Assembly: GCF_009914755.1 (NCBI RefSeq)
Contig: NC_060928.1
Source of the DNA: the human T2T-CHM13v2.0 reference genome, Homo sapiens
DNA: 64,000 nucleotides
Reading direction: 5' to 3' (one strand)
The position numbers and the translations under genes are program-made. The notes beneath the pieces were generated by a model. The model was given only the letters and a program-made list of their open reading frames with translations. It was not told the origin of the DNA and did not search any database. Numbering within the stretch: position 1 is the stretch's first letter; each line of letters begins with the position of its first letter. Shown one piece after another: positions 41,184-64,000 of the stretch.

Positions 41184-43782
41184 TATATATTTTGGATGGC
41201 AGTCTGTACACATTCTCTGTTATCATTCTGTTAGTTTCACAGCCTCTCCCAGAGTCTCACTTTAAGCAGGTATTAATATTAGTCCTCTCTGGGGATAATG
41301 CAGGGGTCAGATGACTGTGGACTCCAGGCCAAAGGAGAAAAGAGCAAAGGGTAAAGGCGAAGGAAATAAAAAATAGGAGGGCCAAAGGAGAGTACTCTGT
41401 GACCCTCAATTAAGGTCACAGAAGCTCCAAAGTGCTTTTTAGGAAAGCAGCTGCTTTGAAAGGCAGAATTAAGTTTGGACGTCTAAGTTCTAATGCACCT
41501 TTAGGGTGATTGTGGCTGCCGTGTTTCACCCAGTGATTTATTTATAGGGCTTATTCATTGTAATTCATTGTATGGCTGGCCAGGCAAAAGCATCCTTTTT
41601 CTCCTTCACTGCAGTTTGTAACTGACTCACTGGTTAGAAGTAGTAACCTTTCCAGAGAGACAAAGGACTTTCTCAGGCAAGGGTATATGAGCAGCTTTAA
41701 AATATAATGTGGCAAAGGAAAGAATAAGCTGTAGTCTAGTTGGTCAGAGCTAGTTGTTTATGAACAGATTGTAAGGCTGGATAATTTGACTTCAAGTCTG
41801 TACTCAGCAAGTCTTTATGTTTCATAACCATTAAAGTCCATGCTTTGAGCATTTTTGATAAAAAATGTGATTTTAAACCAGGACTAGTTTTCACAAGTTA
41901 AAGGAGTTTTAAAAGAAACCAAAATATTGGTACAAATTAATTACAGGTTTATGCATTTTGAAGGCAGATACCCTGATTAACATTGAGGGTATCAATTGTT
42001 TAAGATAAAATATTTGAGAATTATATTTAACATATGCAATAAATGTTTTTATTCTTAAAATTGTCGAAAAGAATAGAAGAAGTTGGTGGTGGTGATGAAA
42101 TAGTACTAAAGACTTTCTGCTTTCAAACAGAACAGACAACTGGAGAGCTAATGCACATCCTTGCTAGTTAGGCGAAAATTTCACAGGAATGAAAAAGTAA
42201 AGCAGACTTTGCAGGATCTATTTCTTTAAAAAAAAAAAAAAAACATACATCTTAGTAATTCTCCAAAAATTTTCCTCAAAGATAAATGTACTAAAAATAT
42301 TATTTCTGAAGTTTGTGGCCCTTGTAAAGGTATTCCTTTATATTAAGTACAGTTATGCATAAAGAAAGTAAAATATGGTAAACTTTCATATTGCACTAGG
42401 TATGAATTTGTATTGCTAACTGTCTTTGTAACTAATTTATGTATACTCTAAATGGTATAGCATGTGATTTTATTATAGTTGATTAACTTTGTAATTTCTG
42501 TAACTGCATCGATATCCCAGTCTACCTGGAAAATTAAGTCTATTAACCATAGTTGCTGTGGGAGACAGTACTATTGCCAACTGAAGCCTGAATCCTTCAT
42601 TTATTTTGTCCCCAATTACAGAGTGGAGGTTTAGAGGAGTGGGGTTAGATAATGCTCAGATTAGAAATACAAAGGCAGCTGTCAGATCCTCCCATTTTAT
42701 TGTTGAAGAAACTGAGTTGTAAACATCACAAGAGCTAGTTAACTGGTGAGTAGCAGCCCTGGTATTAGAGCACAAGTCTCTGGATTGATTCTTAGTTCAG
42801 TGCTTTTCCTATTTTTGTCAGGAAGATAACCCTTAAAGAATTTCAAGAACAGAGCTGGATCTGGAGACCTAGATTTTAGTTAGTCCAACTTCTGCTAATA
42901 ACTGCGTGTGTGACCCTGCCCAAGCTGGTTGACCTCTTTGGGCTTCTGCTGATGCGCAGTAGTTCCCGTACTTTGGATATCGTGGTTCAATTAAAAGAGT
43001 TTTGTTGGCGGATACCTGAATTTTTCAGCAGTGACATTTAAAACAAAGCAATAACTGATATTTATTGTCACCATCGTTTTGTAAAGCCCAAAGCACTTTT
43101 TTAAGTGCAGTCCTATAAATTGAATACATTTAGTTAGTGTTTGTTTTGTTTTGCTTTGTTTTTTATAATGACTTGCTAAGCAAATGGGTATCCTGATGAG
43201 GTCTTAACGAACATCCCATGTTGATCTAACTTTTCTCATTTTGACTTGAATCTGTGAACTCCATAATCAGGACACATCTGTGTACTTCTCAACTCAGAGA
43301 GTTTATAATTCTGTCATTGGATTTGAACAAAAGTGCATTTATTTGTTGGAATGAATACCACTGAGTGCCTGGAAGCATCGACTTACTGTGTAAAAGGCTT
43401 CCAATGCTTCGTATACAACTTCTTCAATTGTGGACACCCAACAGTAATCTTAGCATATTATATTTCTTCTTCTCTGAAACTTCTGGTAAAAGAAGTGAAG
43501 TGAATGATCTGTGGCAGCAAAGACTGGAGAATTATTCATTCCATAGTGTTTCTTAGTTTGTTTGAGATCATCATGGCTAGGCGCATCTGTTAACAGTTTC
43601 TTCACCTGAAGTAGTGATAGTAGTTGTCAAGAATTTAGAAGGCAAAGATTCCTGAGTCTTAGTTATATAAAGTTAACATAACTGACGTAGAATTAAGGTC
43701 CAACATAAACAGAGAACAAATTAGGTCAAGTTAAACTCTGATAGCAGAGACTAATATTAGATATTGTGATTTTTCTTCGTAG

Positions 43783-43980
<198 letters not shown>

Positions 43981-44291
43981 TAAGTTATACTTAATGTTTA
44001 CCTGTTTTCTTAATTTTAGTTAATGTTTGTTCTAAACTTTGGAAGTAAATAAATAGTAGAAAAGTAAACCACAGTAAAATCTTAAAATGTTTCCATTTTT
44101 ACATCTTTTAAATATTTTATTGGAAGGTGAGCTTCTAGTATCAGAAGTTTCCATAACGTCTTTTGTATGTTTATATACATGTATAAGTGCTTATGTTGAC
44201 AAAAATATATTACATTTTAATTTTAAAATGAATGAAATATATGAGAATCATTTATGAGGTTTATAGAAATTGTGTTTACATGAACAAAAAT

Positions 44292-44350
44292 ATGTATGTA
44301 TATATATATATATATATACACACATATATATATACACACACATATATATA
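44292..44350. repeat. Compound (TA)n/(CA)n microsatellite
   Basis: Read directly from the sequence. Confidence 0.9.
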
Positions 44351-44637
44351 CTCATGCGTCACTTAACGGATATCTCTTGAGAAAAGTGTCATGAGGCAAG
44401 TTGTGTGAACATTGTAATGAAATGAAATTGGTCTAATGGGCAGTCTCTTTAACCTTATATCAAGTTATGTAGCTGTATCTGGTGGTTTTGAGAATTTATT
44501 TATGAATATATCCAATTAGGTCAACCTGGTAAGTGGGTGGGTGGTTTTATGTAATGTCTCAAGCAGTGATCCCAACTAAAAGTCTGGATAGTTTAAGTAA
44601 AAATTATTTCTTACACATTACAACATTTTTATCTTAA

Positions 44638-44784
<147 letters not shown>

Positions 44785-45083
44785 TAATTCTTTCTGTTAG
44801 AGGCAAAATGTCTATTTTAATTGCCTGAGCATTTTTCTAAAATTGTTGGTGACGTTTTTATTTTCTTTTCCTTTGGCATGATTATTAAGAACAATACACA
44901 CACATACAAACAAGCCATTTCTACACATTGTTTTCATTATTTAAATTTCATGGTAAATTGAGATCTGAAAGAAAAATATTATATGAAAGTTCGGACTTCC
45001 ATCCTTGTGGACAGTGCTACACTGGCACAGCTAGATCCTCACATTGCTAACTCCCACAAAAACAGTAACTTCTATGAGCACTG

Positions 45084-45419
<336 letters not shown>

Positions 45420-45732
45420 TAGCTTTGTCAACTGGTTATGTGAGTATGTTTTGCATTGACCGTGATTACATGGTGTGCCAAATCAAGCCTCTCTTTATTA
45501 GAAGAACAAATATAAATACTTAAGTCAAAATTAGAGTTCAAGTCAATTATTTAATGCCTTTATCTTAAACCATCAAAGACAGCAAGATTTTATATCCCTA
45601 GACTTTTGATGTGGAGTAAGGTATTTTTATTGAGAATTGCTAGTATTATTTATAAGTGTATGACTAGATAAATCATCACTACATATAGAATCAATATAAC
45701 TTTGTAAAACTTTATGCATAAATAGGATATAT

Positions 45733-46177
45733 ATATTAGTGAAGTCTCCAGTGAAGCAGAATCATTGGGGTATATATATGCAGAGAGAGATTTATTTTAA
45801 GGAATCAGCTCATGCAAGTGTGCGGCTGTCAAGTCTGAAATCTGTAAAGCAGGCTACAGACTAGAAATCCAGGTAAGAATTGTTGCAGCCTTGGGTCCAA
45901 ATTCCATGGAGCAGCAAGTTGGAAACTCAGGCAGGGTTTCAGTGTTGCAGTCTCGAGAATCCTTCTTCAGGAAACCTCAGCCTTTTATCCTGAAGGCCTT
46001 CAAATGATTGGATGAAGCCCACCCTCATTATGAAGGGTAATCACCTTTACTCAGTCTACTGATTTAAATGTTAACAACATCTAAAAAATACCTTCACAAC
46101 AACATCTAGACTGGTATTTAATCAAACAGTTGGATATCATAGCCTAGCCAAGTTGACACATAAAATTGACCATCACA
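45733..46177 (-). mobile_element. MLT2-type ERVL LTR
   Basis: gagatttattttaaggaatcagctcatgc ... gccaagttgacacataaaattgaccatcaca. Confidence 0.8.
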
Positions 46178-46217
46178 ATAGCTAAGAAATTAAGAATTTC
46201 TTATCTGTTTGTCTTAG

Positions 46218-46373
<156 letters not shown>

Positions 46374-47689
46374 TGAGTATTAATTTCTGTTCAGGTATAA
46401 AGCATAATGAAATATATTTATTTTCATGGCCATAAGATTATCATATTTCTAAGGAGACTAATAGGAGAAGTTAATCTTCTTAATGTTATATTAAGAAAAC
46501 ATAACTGTTGGATAAAAGTTTAAATAATAGATGTTTTTACATTCTAGCCTATGCTGTTATAATTTTTATAGTGATAATGTGTTATTAGGGCAAGTATATA
46601 TTCAGGACCAGCAATTTCCTTATCCTTCTGTAATAAACCTAAACCTAACTCATATTTGAAAAAAATATCAAAGCATTCAGCCTTCCTTGAATAAGACTTT
46701 CTAATCTCTACTGTTCAGCACTGATAAAGGCACTTGCAAGATGAAACTACTACTTGTAACACATACATATTTCAAATGCATCCTTTCTGTTGATTGGAAG
46801 ACATTTTGTGGTAAATTATTTATATTGAATGCCTTCTTAAATGCTTATCCTAATTGTTCATTATTTTTTAATTATATGTTCATTGCATTTTGACTTGGGA
46901 CATACTTCTGTACTCATGAATGCAGAATATCAAATTCTAAGAATTATTTTTAAAGTGCTAAAGTAGCAAAATTAATGCTTCTAGTCCTAGGCAGAGAATA
47001 TTCTTCTGTAGAAAAATTGTAATTGACATTTCTTTCTTTTTTTTTTTCTATCCATTGTTTCTTTCTGCCTTCCTTCCTCTAAGCTCCTCAAAGGAAGAGA
47101 GGGTTAGAGTGATTCAAATAAGTATAACTGGATGTCTGATTGTAGATATGTAGTTGGAAATAAAGGAGCATACTTTAAATGGGACTCTTTTTTGAAGCCA
47201 TTTGTCTTCTGCCAACTATAGAAAAGTACACTGGTATTTTGATTAATTGTGGTACATTTGATTCCAACTTGTCATTGCCTAAAAAAGTAAATGAAGTTGC
47301 TATACAGGGATTCATGGGCCTGCCCTTTTTAATACTTGATACTAATTTTATGTGACTTTTCCTAAAAAACATATTTAGTATTTTGGGCTTTATTTACAAC
47401 TGTTATACATGATGGTGAGAAAGCTTCCTCTAAAACATAAAAGAAAATTAATTCTTAAAAATCTGTGTCTAAAGATTCATTACTATAATCCGTCTCTTCC
47501 ATCATTCATATATTTTATCATAAAATAAATGATTTTCTTAGTTTTTTTAAGGATTTTTTTTCTTAGAGTGGTTTCTAGAATATACACCATTTTCTGTGTT
47601 TGCTGTTTGTGAACACTTAGAAATAAAGTGGTCTAGGCAAAGTGGCATGTTATCTAAATTGGTTAATGTGAACACATGATTATTAATAA

Positions 47690-47944
<255 letters not shown>

Positions 47945-48354
47945 ATATCTCACGTAAACCTTCCTGAAAGATAAACGTTTTCCTGAATTCAGAAACTAGT
48001 AGCTAACATTGCTTCTGGAGAGCAGAAATAAGCATGTCTTCTGGCTACTAAGTGATAAAAAGAACATTAACAACCTTTAATTACCTTCCTAGTGGGAACT
48101 TTTTCTACTTTACCTACAAGTTCTATATATGTAGAAATGAATAAATATATATTTAAGTACAGTTTTCATGAGGAAGTTTTAAAAGACCATGTTCCTAAGC
48201 TTCCAAGAAGGTTTTGGATACTAGAAGTATTAATCTATGGCTTTTCTCCCAGTAAAACCATAGGCCTGAAGTTCACATTGGGTCTTTAAATCTTTTAGAT
48301 ATATACTGGTCATTTCAGAAAATTCTTCATAGTGGTATTGGCCTTATATTTAAC

Positions 48355-48658
<304 letters not shown>

Positions 48659-49046
48659 TAACTTTAAACATGTTTTAGAATTCACCTAAAGATCAAAATA
48701 TCATGGATTGAACCTCATCAATTGATAGCAGTGAGTGACTGAAGCTTCCAAATCAAGAAAAGCCGGCACCAAGAACTTCCATTCTAATCTAGAGCTGACC
48801 AGTTTGAGCTGATTCTCTCTTTGAAGAGTCCTTCTTGATTGCAGTGCAGTACTGGCATTTCTGAATGGATGTAAGTGGAGTATTTTAGTCTAAAGGCTTT
48901 TCAAATTACTTGAATTTTTTTAAAAATTGAGGAGCTTTATTTCTATTTACCCTTCCATTTTTGTGTATCAAATTTCCATTGTCATTAAAAACTGTATCTT
49001 GAAACTTTGTGAACTGACTTGCTGTATTTGCACTTTGAGCTCTTGA

Positions 49047-49161
49047 AATAAATGTGATTTTTGTGTGATTATCTGGTTTCCAGTTTTAAACATTAACTGT
49101 CACCTTTTATTCTTAAACTTGAAAGTACAGAAATCATTAAATTATTAAGTTGTACAATAAA
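49047..49161 (+). terminator. MSMO1 distal polyadenylation signals
   Basis: AATAAA 49047-49052 followed by TG-rich sequence; AATAAA 49156-49161 followed by a long T tract. Confidence 0.7.
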
Positions 49162-49699
49162 AGGATTGGTTTCTTTTTTTTTTTTTTTTTTTTAAGTGCT
49201 TCCTTTGCCGAAATGTTTCCTGGCTGTTTGAACATGAATTTTTCAGGTTTAAGTATTGTGGGAAATCATCTTGACCTAATAAAGCAATACATACTGAAGC
49301 AGTTCTTTGCCCTGCTTAGATAATGTATGTTTTCTGTACAGTTGAAGAATAGAGCTAAACTTTTCAGGGCTGATAAAATCTCAACTATCTAGTTTGTAAC
49401 TCATCAAGGGTTGGGAATTCTTAGTATGTGGTGTTAATTATTTTTATTTTTTTAAGCTGCGGAGTCATTATCTGGTAACTTCCTTTTTTTTCTTTTTCTT
49501 TTTTTGAAACCTTACACGGTAAAGATGTCCAGGTGTAAGGGATTCAGATACTTAAAACTGAGAATGTTTTGTTTGTAGGTCATGCTTTATACCTTGTATG
49601 TGGTTCATATGCCCACGTGTGTGTGTGTGTGTGTAAATTTGTTGTAATCCTCAAGCAACAAATTTGGGGCTGGCTGCAATTAAAATTGTGCTATGTGCT

Positions 49700-49840
49700 A
49701 CAAATAGAGCTACCATAAGATCCAGAAATCCCACTACCGGGCATTTATCCAAAGGAGATGAAATCGGTATATGGACGAGACATCTGCACCCTCAAGTTTA
49801 TTGTAGCACTTCACAATAGCCAAGATACCGAATCAACGTA
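49700..49840 (+). mobile_element. L1 ORF2 3'-region fragment
   Basis: aaatagagctaccataagatccagaaatcccactac...cacaatagccaagata. Confidence 0.7.
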
Positions 49841-50475
49841 CCTTTTACTCCCTAATCAAGGAATGCCCAGCATCTGAATTAGCAATAAAAGGTGACTCCC
49901 TGTCAGCACTTACGGAGAGAGTGACACCTGCTGCTGGAAGCGCTGCGAAACGTTTTAAAACAACTTGGTAAATTCCAACTCATGCTTCATACTACACATT
50001 TATTGAGCACTTTGTGTCCTGAATTGTGCTATGTTTAGTGTGCTGTGATTTTAATGCACGTTCTCATTTGATTTCTGAGATAGATGCTATTGTCCCTATT
50101 TGATAGATGAGATAATTGAGAGGTTCAGGTCACAGGCTTGGTCTTTTTGACTTTCGAAGCTGTGCTTGTGGCTACTATGTTCACTATGCTGGAGAGTTGC
50201 ATCTTCTATAAAACTCGTAGGGAATACTTTTAAAAGTGATATTTGAAGAGAAATAAGGTTCTAAACTAGTAGTCATCCAGGAAGTGGTAAGACACATACA
50301 AGTATGTTGGTATGGAGTAGACTTTAAGCTAACTTACCAGCCAAACCTTTCTTTTTAAAATTACTTAAATTAAGCTTTTAACTATACTGGCATTTGATAA
50401 TTAGACAAAAATAAATATGAAGACTAGAATACAAAACGGGGTACATAACTGACTCTAGCAAATAATTGACAAGAT

Positions 50476-56750
<6,275 letters not shown>

Positions 56751-58252
56751 GGAAGCTTTGTTCATTTTTAAAAATTCTTTTGTCTTTGACAGATTGGGTT
56801 AATTCAAAAACCTTGTCTTTGAGCTCTGAAGTTCTTTCTTCTGCTTGTTTGATTCTATTGCTGAGACTTTCCGGTACATTTTGCATTTCTCTAAATGTGT
56901 TCTTGATTTCCAGAAGTTGTGACTGTTTTTTATTTATGCTATCTATTTCATTAGAGAAATTTCCTTTCATATCCTTTATCACGTTTTTGATTTCATTAAG
57001 TTGGACTTCACCTTTCTCTTGTGCCTCCTTGATTGGCTTAATAATCGACCGTCTGAATTCCTTTTCTGGCAATTCAGACATTTAATCTTGGATTGGATCC
57101 ATTGCTGGTGAGCTGGTATGATCTTTTGGGGGTGTGGAAGACCCTTGTTTTGTCATATTACCAGAATTGTTTTTCTGATTCCTTATTTGGGTAAACTATG
57201 TCAGAGGGAGGATCCGAGATTCAAGGGCTGCTGTTCAGATTCTTTTGTCCCACAGTATGCTCCCTTGATGTGGTGTTCTCCCCCTTCCCCTTGGAATGGA
57301 GCTTCCTGAGAGCTGAACTGTGGTGACTGTTTGTGACCTCCACCCAGTGGAGCTACCGGGCTCTGGGCTGGTACTGGGGAGCATCTGCAGAGTCCTATGA
57401 TGTGACTGGTCTTCAGGTCTTTCAGCCGTGGATACCAGCACCTGCTCTGGTTGAGGTAGCAGGGGAGTGAAGTGGACTCTGTTGAAAGTCCTTGCTTGTG
57501 TTTTTGTTTAGTGTGCTGGTTTTGTGTTGGTTGGCCTCCAGCCAGGAGGTGGCGCTTTCAAGAACTCATCAGCTGTGGTCCTATAGGGAGGATACGAACT
57601 TGCCCTAGGGACACCTGTTTAAGTATTCAGGTTTCTCAGGTGGTGGACAGGGCCATAGAGCTCCCAAGAGATAATGACCTTTGTCTTTGGCTACCAGGGT
57701 GGGTAGAGAAAGACCACTAAGTGGGGGTAGGGATAGGTGTGTCTGAGCTCATCCTCTCTTTGGGCAGGTCTTGCTGTGGCTGCTGTGGGGGATGGGGATG
57801 TGGTTCCCAGTCCAGTGGAGTTATATTCCCAGGGGGATTATGGCTGCCTCTGCTGAGTCATACAGGACTCAGCAGGGAAGTGGGGGACAGCTGGCAGTCA
57901 CAGGCATCACCCCACTCCCACTCAGCCCACAGTCCTAAAGGCTGATCTCACTCCCACTGTGTCCCCCCAACAGCACCAAATCTATTTTCAGGCAGCTGAT
58001 GACCAGGGCTGAGAACTTGCCCCAGACCACGAGCCTCTCTGTTGATAAAGCAAGCAGACTTACAGTTTTTCGGCATCTCAGGGAGCCTGCAGCAGTGATC
58101 CAGTTCTTTCAAAGGGTCTGTGGATTCTCAGCTTTCCAGGTATGTTCCTGCGGTATTTCTCAGAGCAGAAGTTCATGATGTGCGTCTCCACAGGCTGCTC
58201 TGTCCATCCAAGCGGGAGCTGCAAGCTAGTCCTGCTTCCTATTCACCATCTT
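56751..58252 (-). mobile_element. L1 5' end (5'UTR + ORF1 coiled-coil; L1PB-like)
   Basis: ORF 56701-57081(-) is L1 ORF1p-like (ELPEKEFRR...AEERTSELKDK); minus-strand start AAGATGGTGAATAGG. Confidence 0.85.
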
Positions 58253-59140
58253 AATACATTCTTATTACTCAATAAAATACTTTTGATATACATTTAACAG
58301 AGAAAGTGAAAGTCTTACACAATGAAAACTACAAATATTGTTGAAAGAAATTAAAGCAGATCTAAGTAAATGCAAAGACATTTTTATGGATGAGAAAACT
58401 TAATATTGTGAAGATGACAATACTTCCCAAATTTATCTGCAAATTCAATGCAATCTCTATCAAAATCCAAGCTGCCTTTTTGTAGCAAATTACAAGCCAA
58501 CCTTAAAATATATATGGAAATTCAGTAGACTCAAAATAGTCAAAACAATCTTGAAAAAGAAGAACAATTTAGAAGACTCATATTTCCCAATTTCAAAACT
58601 TACTACAAAGTTACAGTAAGCAGACAGCGTGGTTTTGGCATAAGGGTAGACATATAAAAATGGCGTAGGTTTGAACTTCAGATGTAAACCCTGATAGTGA
58701 TGGCAATAGATTTTAACAGTGTTCCAAGATAATTTAAGGAGTAAAGAACAGTATTTTCAACAAATAGTGAAGGAACAACTGGACATCTACATGCAAAAGG
58801 ATGACATTATAGATCTACCTCACTCCATACACAAAAAAGTAACTCAGATGATAGCACTAAATGTAAAAGCAAAATTGATAACCCTCTTAGAAGGAAGTGA
58901 AGGAGTTGCCTTGGATTAGCAATGATCCCTTATTTATGACCCCAAAAATACAAGCAACAAAATAAAATGATGAATACAATGGACTATGTGAAGAATTTTG
59001 TGCTGCAAATGATACCATCAAGAAACTGAAGACAATACACAGAATGGGAGAAAATATTTGCACATCCTATATCTGATAAAGAATTTGTGTCCATAATATA
59101 TAAAGAACTCAAACTCAATAATAACAACAAGAGATAACCC

Positions 59141-59448
59141 AATTCTCAGCAAACTAACACAGGAACAGAAAACCAAACACCACATGCTCTCACTCATAAG
59201 TGGGAGCTGAAGAATGAGAAAACATGGACACAGAGAGGGGAACATCACACACTGGGGCCTGTTGGGGGGTTGGGGAGCAAGGGGAGGGAGAGCATTAGGA
59301 CAAAGACCTAATGCATGCGGTGCTTAAAACCTAGATGATGGGTTGATAGGTGCAGCAAACCACCATGGCGCATATATACTTATGTAACAAACCTGCACAT
59401 TCTGCACATGTATCTCAGAGCTTAAAGTAAAACTTAAAAAAAAAAAAA
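59141..59448 (+). mobile_element. L1PA 3' end nested in L1M
   Basis: ctcagcaaactaacacaggaacagaaaaccaaacac...gtaacaaacctgcacattctgcacatgta + poly-A. Confidence 0.88.
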
Positions 59449-59490
59449 GATTTGAATAGACATTTCTCCAAAGAAAATATACAAACAGCC

Positions 59491-59828
<338 letters not shown>

Positions 59829-60192
59829 TCAACATCATTACTCTTTAGGGAAACACAAGCCCAAACCACAATGAGATGTTACTTCACACCCATGATAATG
59901 GCTGTAATATAAAAGATAAGCAATAGCAAGTGTTGGAAAGGATGTGGAGAAGTTGGAACCTTTCTATGTTGCTGGCGGGAATGTTAGATGGTGCAGCTGC
60001 TTTGAAATGAGTTTGGCGGTTCATCAAAATATTAAACATAGAGTTACCATAGGACCCAGCAATTCCACTCCTAGGTATATACCCAAGAGAAATGAAAATG
60101 TATGTGAACACAAAAATTGTACATGAATGTTCATAGTAGCATTATTCATAATAGCAACAAGAGGAAACACTCCAAATGTCTATCATCTAATC

Positions 60193-60529
60193 CAGTGGTC
60201 CCCAATCTTTTTGGCCCCAGGGACCGGTTTCATGGCAGACAATTTTTTCACAGACGGGGTGGGGGTTGGTGGTTTTGGGATGAAACTGTTCCACCTCAGA
60301 TCATCAGACATTAGATTTTCATAAGGAGCACACAACCTAGATCCCTTGCATGTGCAGTTCACAGTAGGGTTTGCGTTCCTGTGAGACTCTAATGCCACCA
60401 CTGATCTGACAGGAGGTGCAGCGCAGGTGGTAATGCTCACTCACCCACCACTCACCTCCTGCTGTGTGACCTGGTTCCTAACAGGCCATGATGGGTACTG
60501 GTCCACAGCCTGGGGATTGGGAACCCTTG
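60193..60529 (+). mobile_element. MER1B-like element nested in L1M
   Basis: CAGTGGTCCCCAA...TTGGGAACCCTTG; diverged 8-bp TSD ATCTAATC/AACTAATG. Confidence 0.85.
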
Positions 60530-60988
60530 AACTAATGAATGAATTAAAAAATATGGAATACTCATACAATGGCATGTCATTCAGCCATAAAATGAATACA
60601 GTACTGATTCATGCTACAGCACGAATGACCCTTGAATATACTATGAGAAAGAAGTCAGTCACAAAAGACCATATATTATATATATGATACCATTTATATA
60701 AATTATTCAAAAGAGATAAATTTATAGGCACAGAAAGTGGATTTGCGGTTGCTTAGGGCTGGGGGTTGGGGCTTAGGAGGGAAGAATAGGGACTGACTGC
60801 TTATCCACTAGCAGGTTTCTTTTAGGGGAGCTAAACATGTTCTAAAATTAGATTGTGGTGATGGTGGCATGGCCCTATGAATATACTAAAAGACATTGAA
60901 TTGTATACTTTAAAAGGGCAAATTGCATGGTACATGAATTATTCCTCAATAAAGCTGTTTAAAAAACAAAAAGGCAAACAGTTAGCAG

Positions 60989-61782
<794 letters not shown>

Positions 61783-63022
61783 AACAATATGGACATGATT
61801 TCCTTAATTGTAAGATCAGAGATGCTAGAATAATGCTTACTTACAAATAGCTCATCCCATTCTCTAAGACTGTAATACAGAAGGAAGATTTTTTTTTCTA
61901 TCTCTTCTTAGCTTGAACACTTATCTGGAAGGCAATGTGATCTTCTGAGACAGGCAAAGACATTGCATAATAATTCTGTGTCCTCAATGACCTTAAAAGT
62001 CATTTAGTTTAGTTATCTACTCAGAGTTTGAATCTCCTTCCTGTGACAGACAGACTATTTTTTTTTTTTAAGGGGGCTGTGAGCTGAGACCACTGGAGAG
62101 CAAATTCAGCATTTGGCAATAGTTCACTCGCCAGCTGGTGGCAGTATTTTGCTTGAAGCTGTGAGGCCCAAAGACTGGGCACAGGAACTACTTAGACCTC
62201 AGTGTGGAGTCAAACTCTGCCATTTACTGTGTGACTTACTTGTGTGCCCTTAGACACGTCACTCAAGTGAATCTCTGTTTCCTTGTACATAAAATGGGAA
62301 TAATGATGCTCCTCTTGCAAACTTTTAAGAATGAAACACAGCATAAAGAAAAACACACCAAACAGCAGAGTGCCCAACTCATATCAGAAACAACAGCAAC
62401 AAAAAACCAACAAATTTTTAAAAAAGCAAATGATGCTTAATTTTCTGAATTACTTAATTAGTATTTTAAAAATAGACTGCCAGCCAGTTGGACCCAAGAA
62501 TATGGAAAATCTGAGAACCAGTGCAGATCTTTTTCACTGGAAACTATTATTTTCCCATGCACACACTGATTATTACAGGTTTGCCAATTTTTTTCCTGTA
62601 AAATGTGATGGGTAGATATATGCAATATATAAAAATAATTTGATATAACTACCAAATATATGTTTAAACTTAAAATATCCATTAGTTCACAGTATACAAC
62701 TTTTAATGGTTGTGTTAAGAACAAAAACTTTTACATTTTTTCAATTTGGGAATTTTACATTAAAATGATTTTTATCAGCTATTTTATCAGTTTTTTCTGA
62801 TTTTCATTCAAATGAATAATCTCTTATCATGTAACATCTGTTATAACACCTCAAAAACAAGAGTGATTTTCCTGCTGTGAGGAGTGCTGTGCTGGATGGA
62901 AAGCATAAATAACCCGGGACTAAGTGGTTCAGCTGACTTTTCCCCCCAGACAATTTAGGTTACCCAAATGAATGATCTTTTCATGGTTTTGTTTTTTCAT
63001 TCTATTCCAGTTTATTTTTACC

Positions 63023-63321
63023 TTTTTTTTTTTTTTTTTTTTGAGAGAGTGTCACTCTGTCACCCAGGCTGGAGTTCAGTGGTGTGGTCTTGGCTCACTG
63101 CAACCTCTGCCTCTTGGGTTCAAGTGATTCTTCTGCCTCAGCCTCCTGAGTAGCTGGGATTACAGCATGTGCCACCATACCCAGATAATTTCTGTATTTT
63201 TAGTAGAGACAGGGTTTCCCCACATTGGCCAGGCTGATCTCGAATTCCTGACATCAAGTGATCTGCCTGCCTCTGCCTCCCAAAGCTCTGGGATTACAGG
63301 CTTGAGCCACCATCTCCGGTC
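63023..63321 (-). mobile_element. Alu
   Basis: Full dimer with poly-T. Confidence 0.92.
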
Positions 63322-63694
63322 TATTTTTACCATTTAATCAAGGGTTTTCTCTAGCCATCCCTGGGTTCTGCACAAAACTCACATATTAGAAAGCGTTCCT
63401 CAGACAAGACTATGAAGACTAAGAATTATTCTCGAATGTGCTAGTTCAGGGCAGTGGGGATGAGCAACAGGATGGCAACAGTATTCTGAGAACTGGCTAT
63501 TGAGAAAATTCCTTTTTAATAGGGCAGCATGCCTGCTTTACAGCTTTCATTCTTTACTGAAGAGTCCCAGACTAAGAAATCAGCAGTGATTAACATCTAA
63601 TCCTGGCCACCGGGTGTTAGGGGAAAGTGGTTGTCCTTCAGAAACAAGGAGCCAATTAGAAATAAGTCATGAAGCATTTTCTTGGTCTTACTGA

Positions 63695-63955
<261 letters not shown>

Positions 63956-64000
63956 TAAGCCATTTAAATTTAGTTTAGTTGCAATAAACCAAGTCTAATT

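Noticed and set aside
41200-43700. Repeat-poor part of MSMO1 intron 2 examined for a retrocopy, snoRNA or hidden exon
   Set aside because: No TSD/poly-A structure, box C/D or H/ACA arrangement, or coherent ORF could be supported by eye; an Rfam/BLAST search would be needed

Overview
Primate (human-like) genomic DNA with two intron-containing genes in tandem on the + strand. The first is the 3' part of KLHL2: 10 exons at 353-28055 encoding the BACK domain and six kelch repeats, with the 3'UTR ending near 29145. The second is the complete MSMO1/SC4MOL sterol C4-methyl oxidase gene: CpG-island promoter ~33300-33900, non-coding exon 1, and five coding exons totalling 882 nt (293 aa), with poly(A) signals out to ~49160. 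The rest is repeat-rich intron and intergenic DNA: about 25 Alus, a near full-length Tigger2, MER1/MER2/MER58 DNA elements, MaLR/ERVL/ERV1 LTRs, L1 pieces and a minisatellite. I assembled exons by hand from GT-AG sites and reading frame. Repeat subfamily names come from recalled consensus sequences, and repeat boundaries are approximate. I found no evidence of a new gene or a new biological system. The best leads are an inverted AluY pair bracketing an in-frame kelch exon, phase-symmetric kelch exons, an SRE/NF-Y promoter with phased CCAAT boxes, an LTR carrying stress-response motifs, and alternative polyadenylation around a 3'UTR Alu. All are hypotheses to test.
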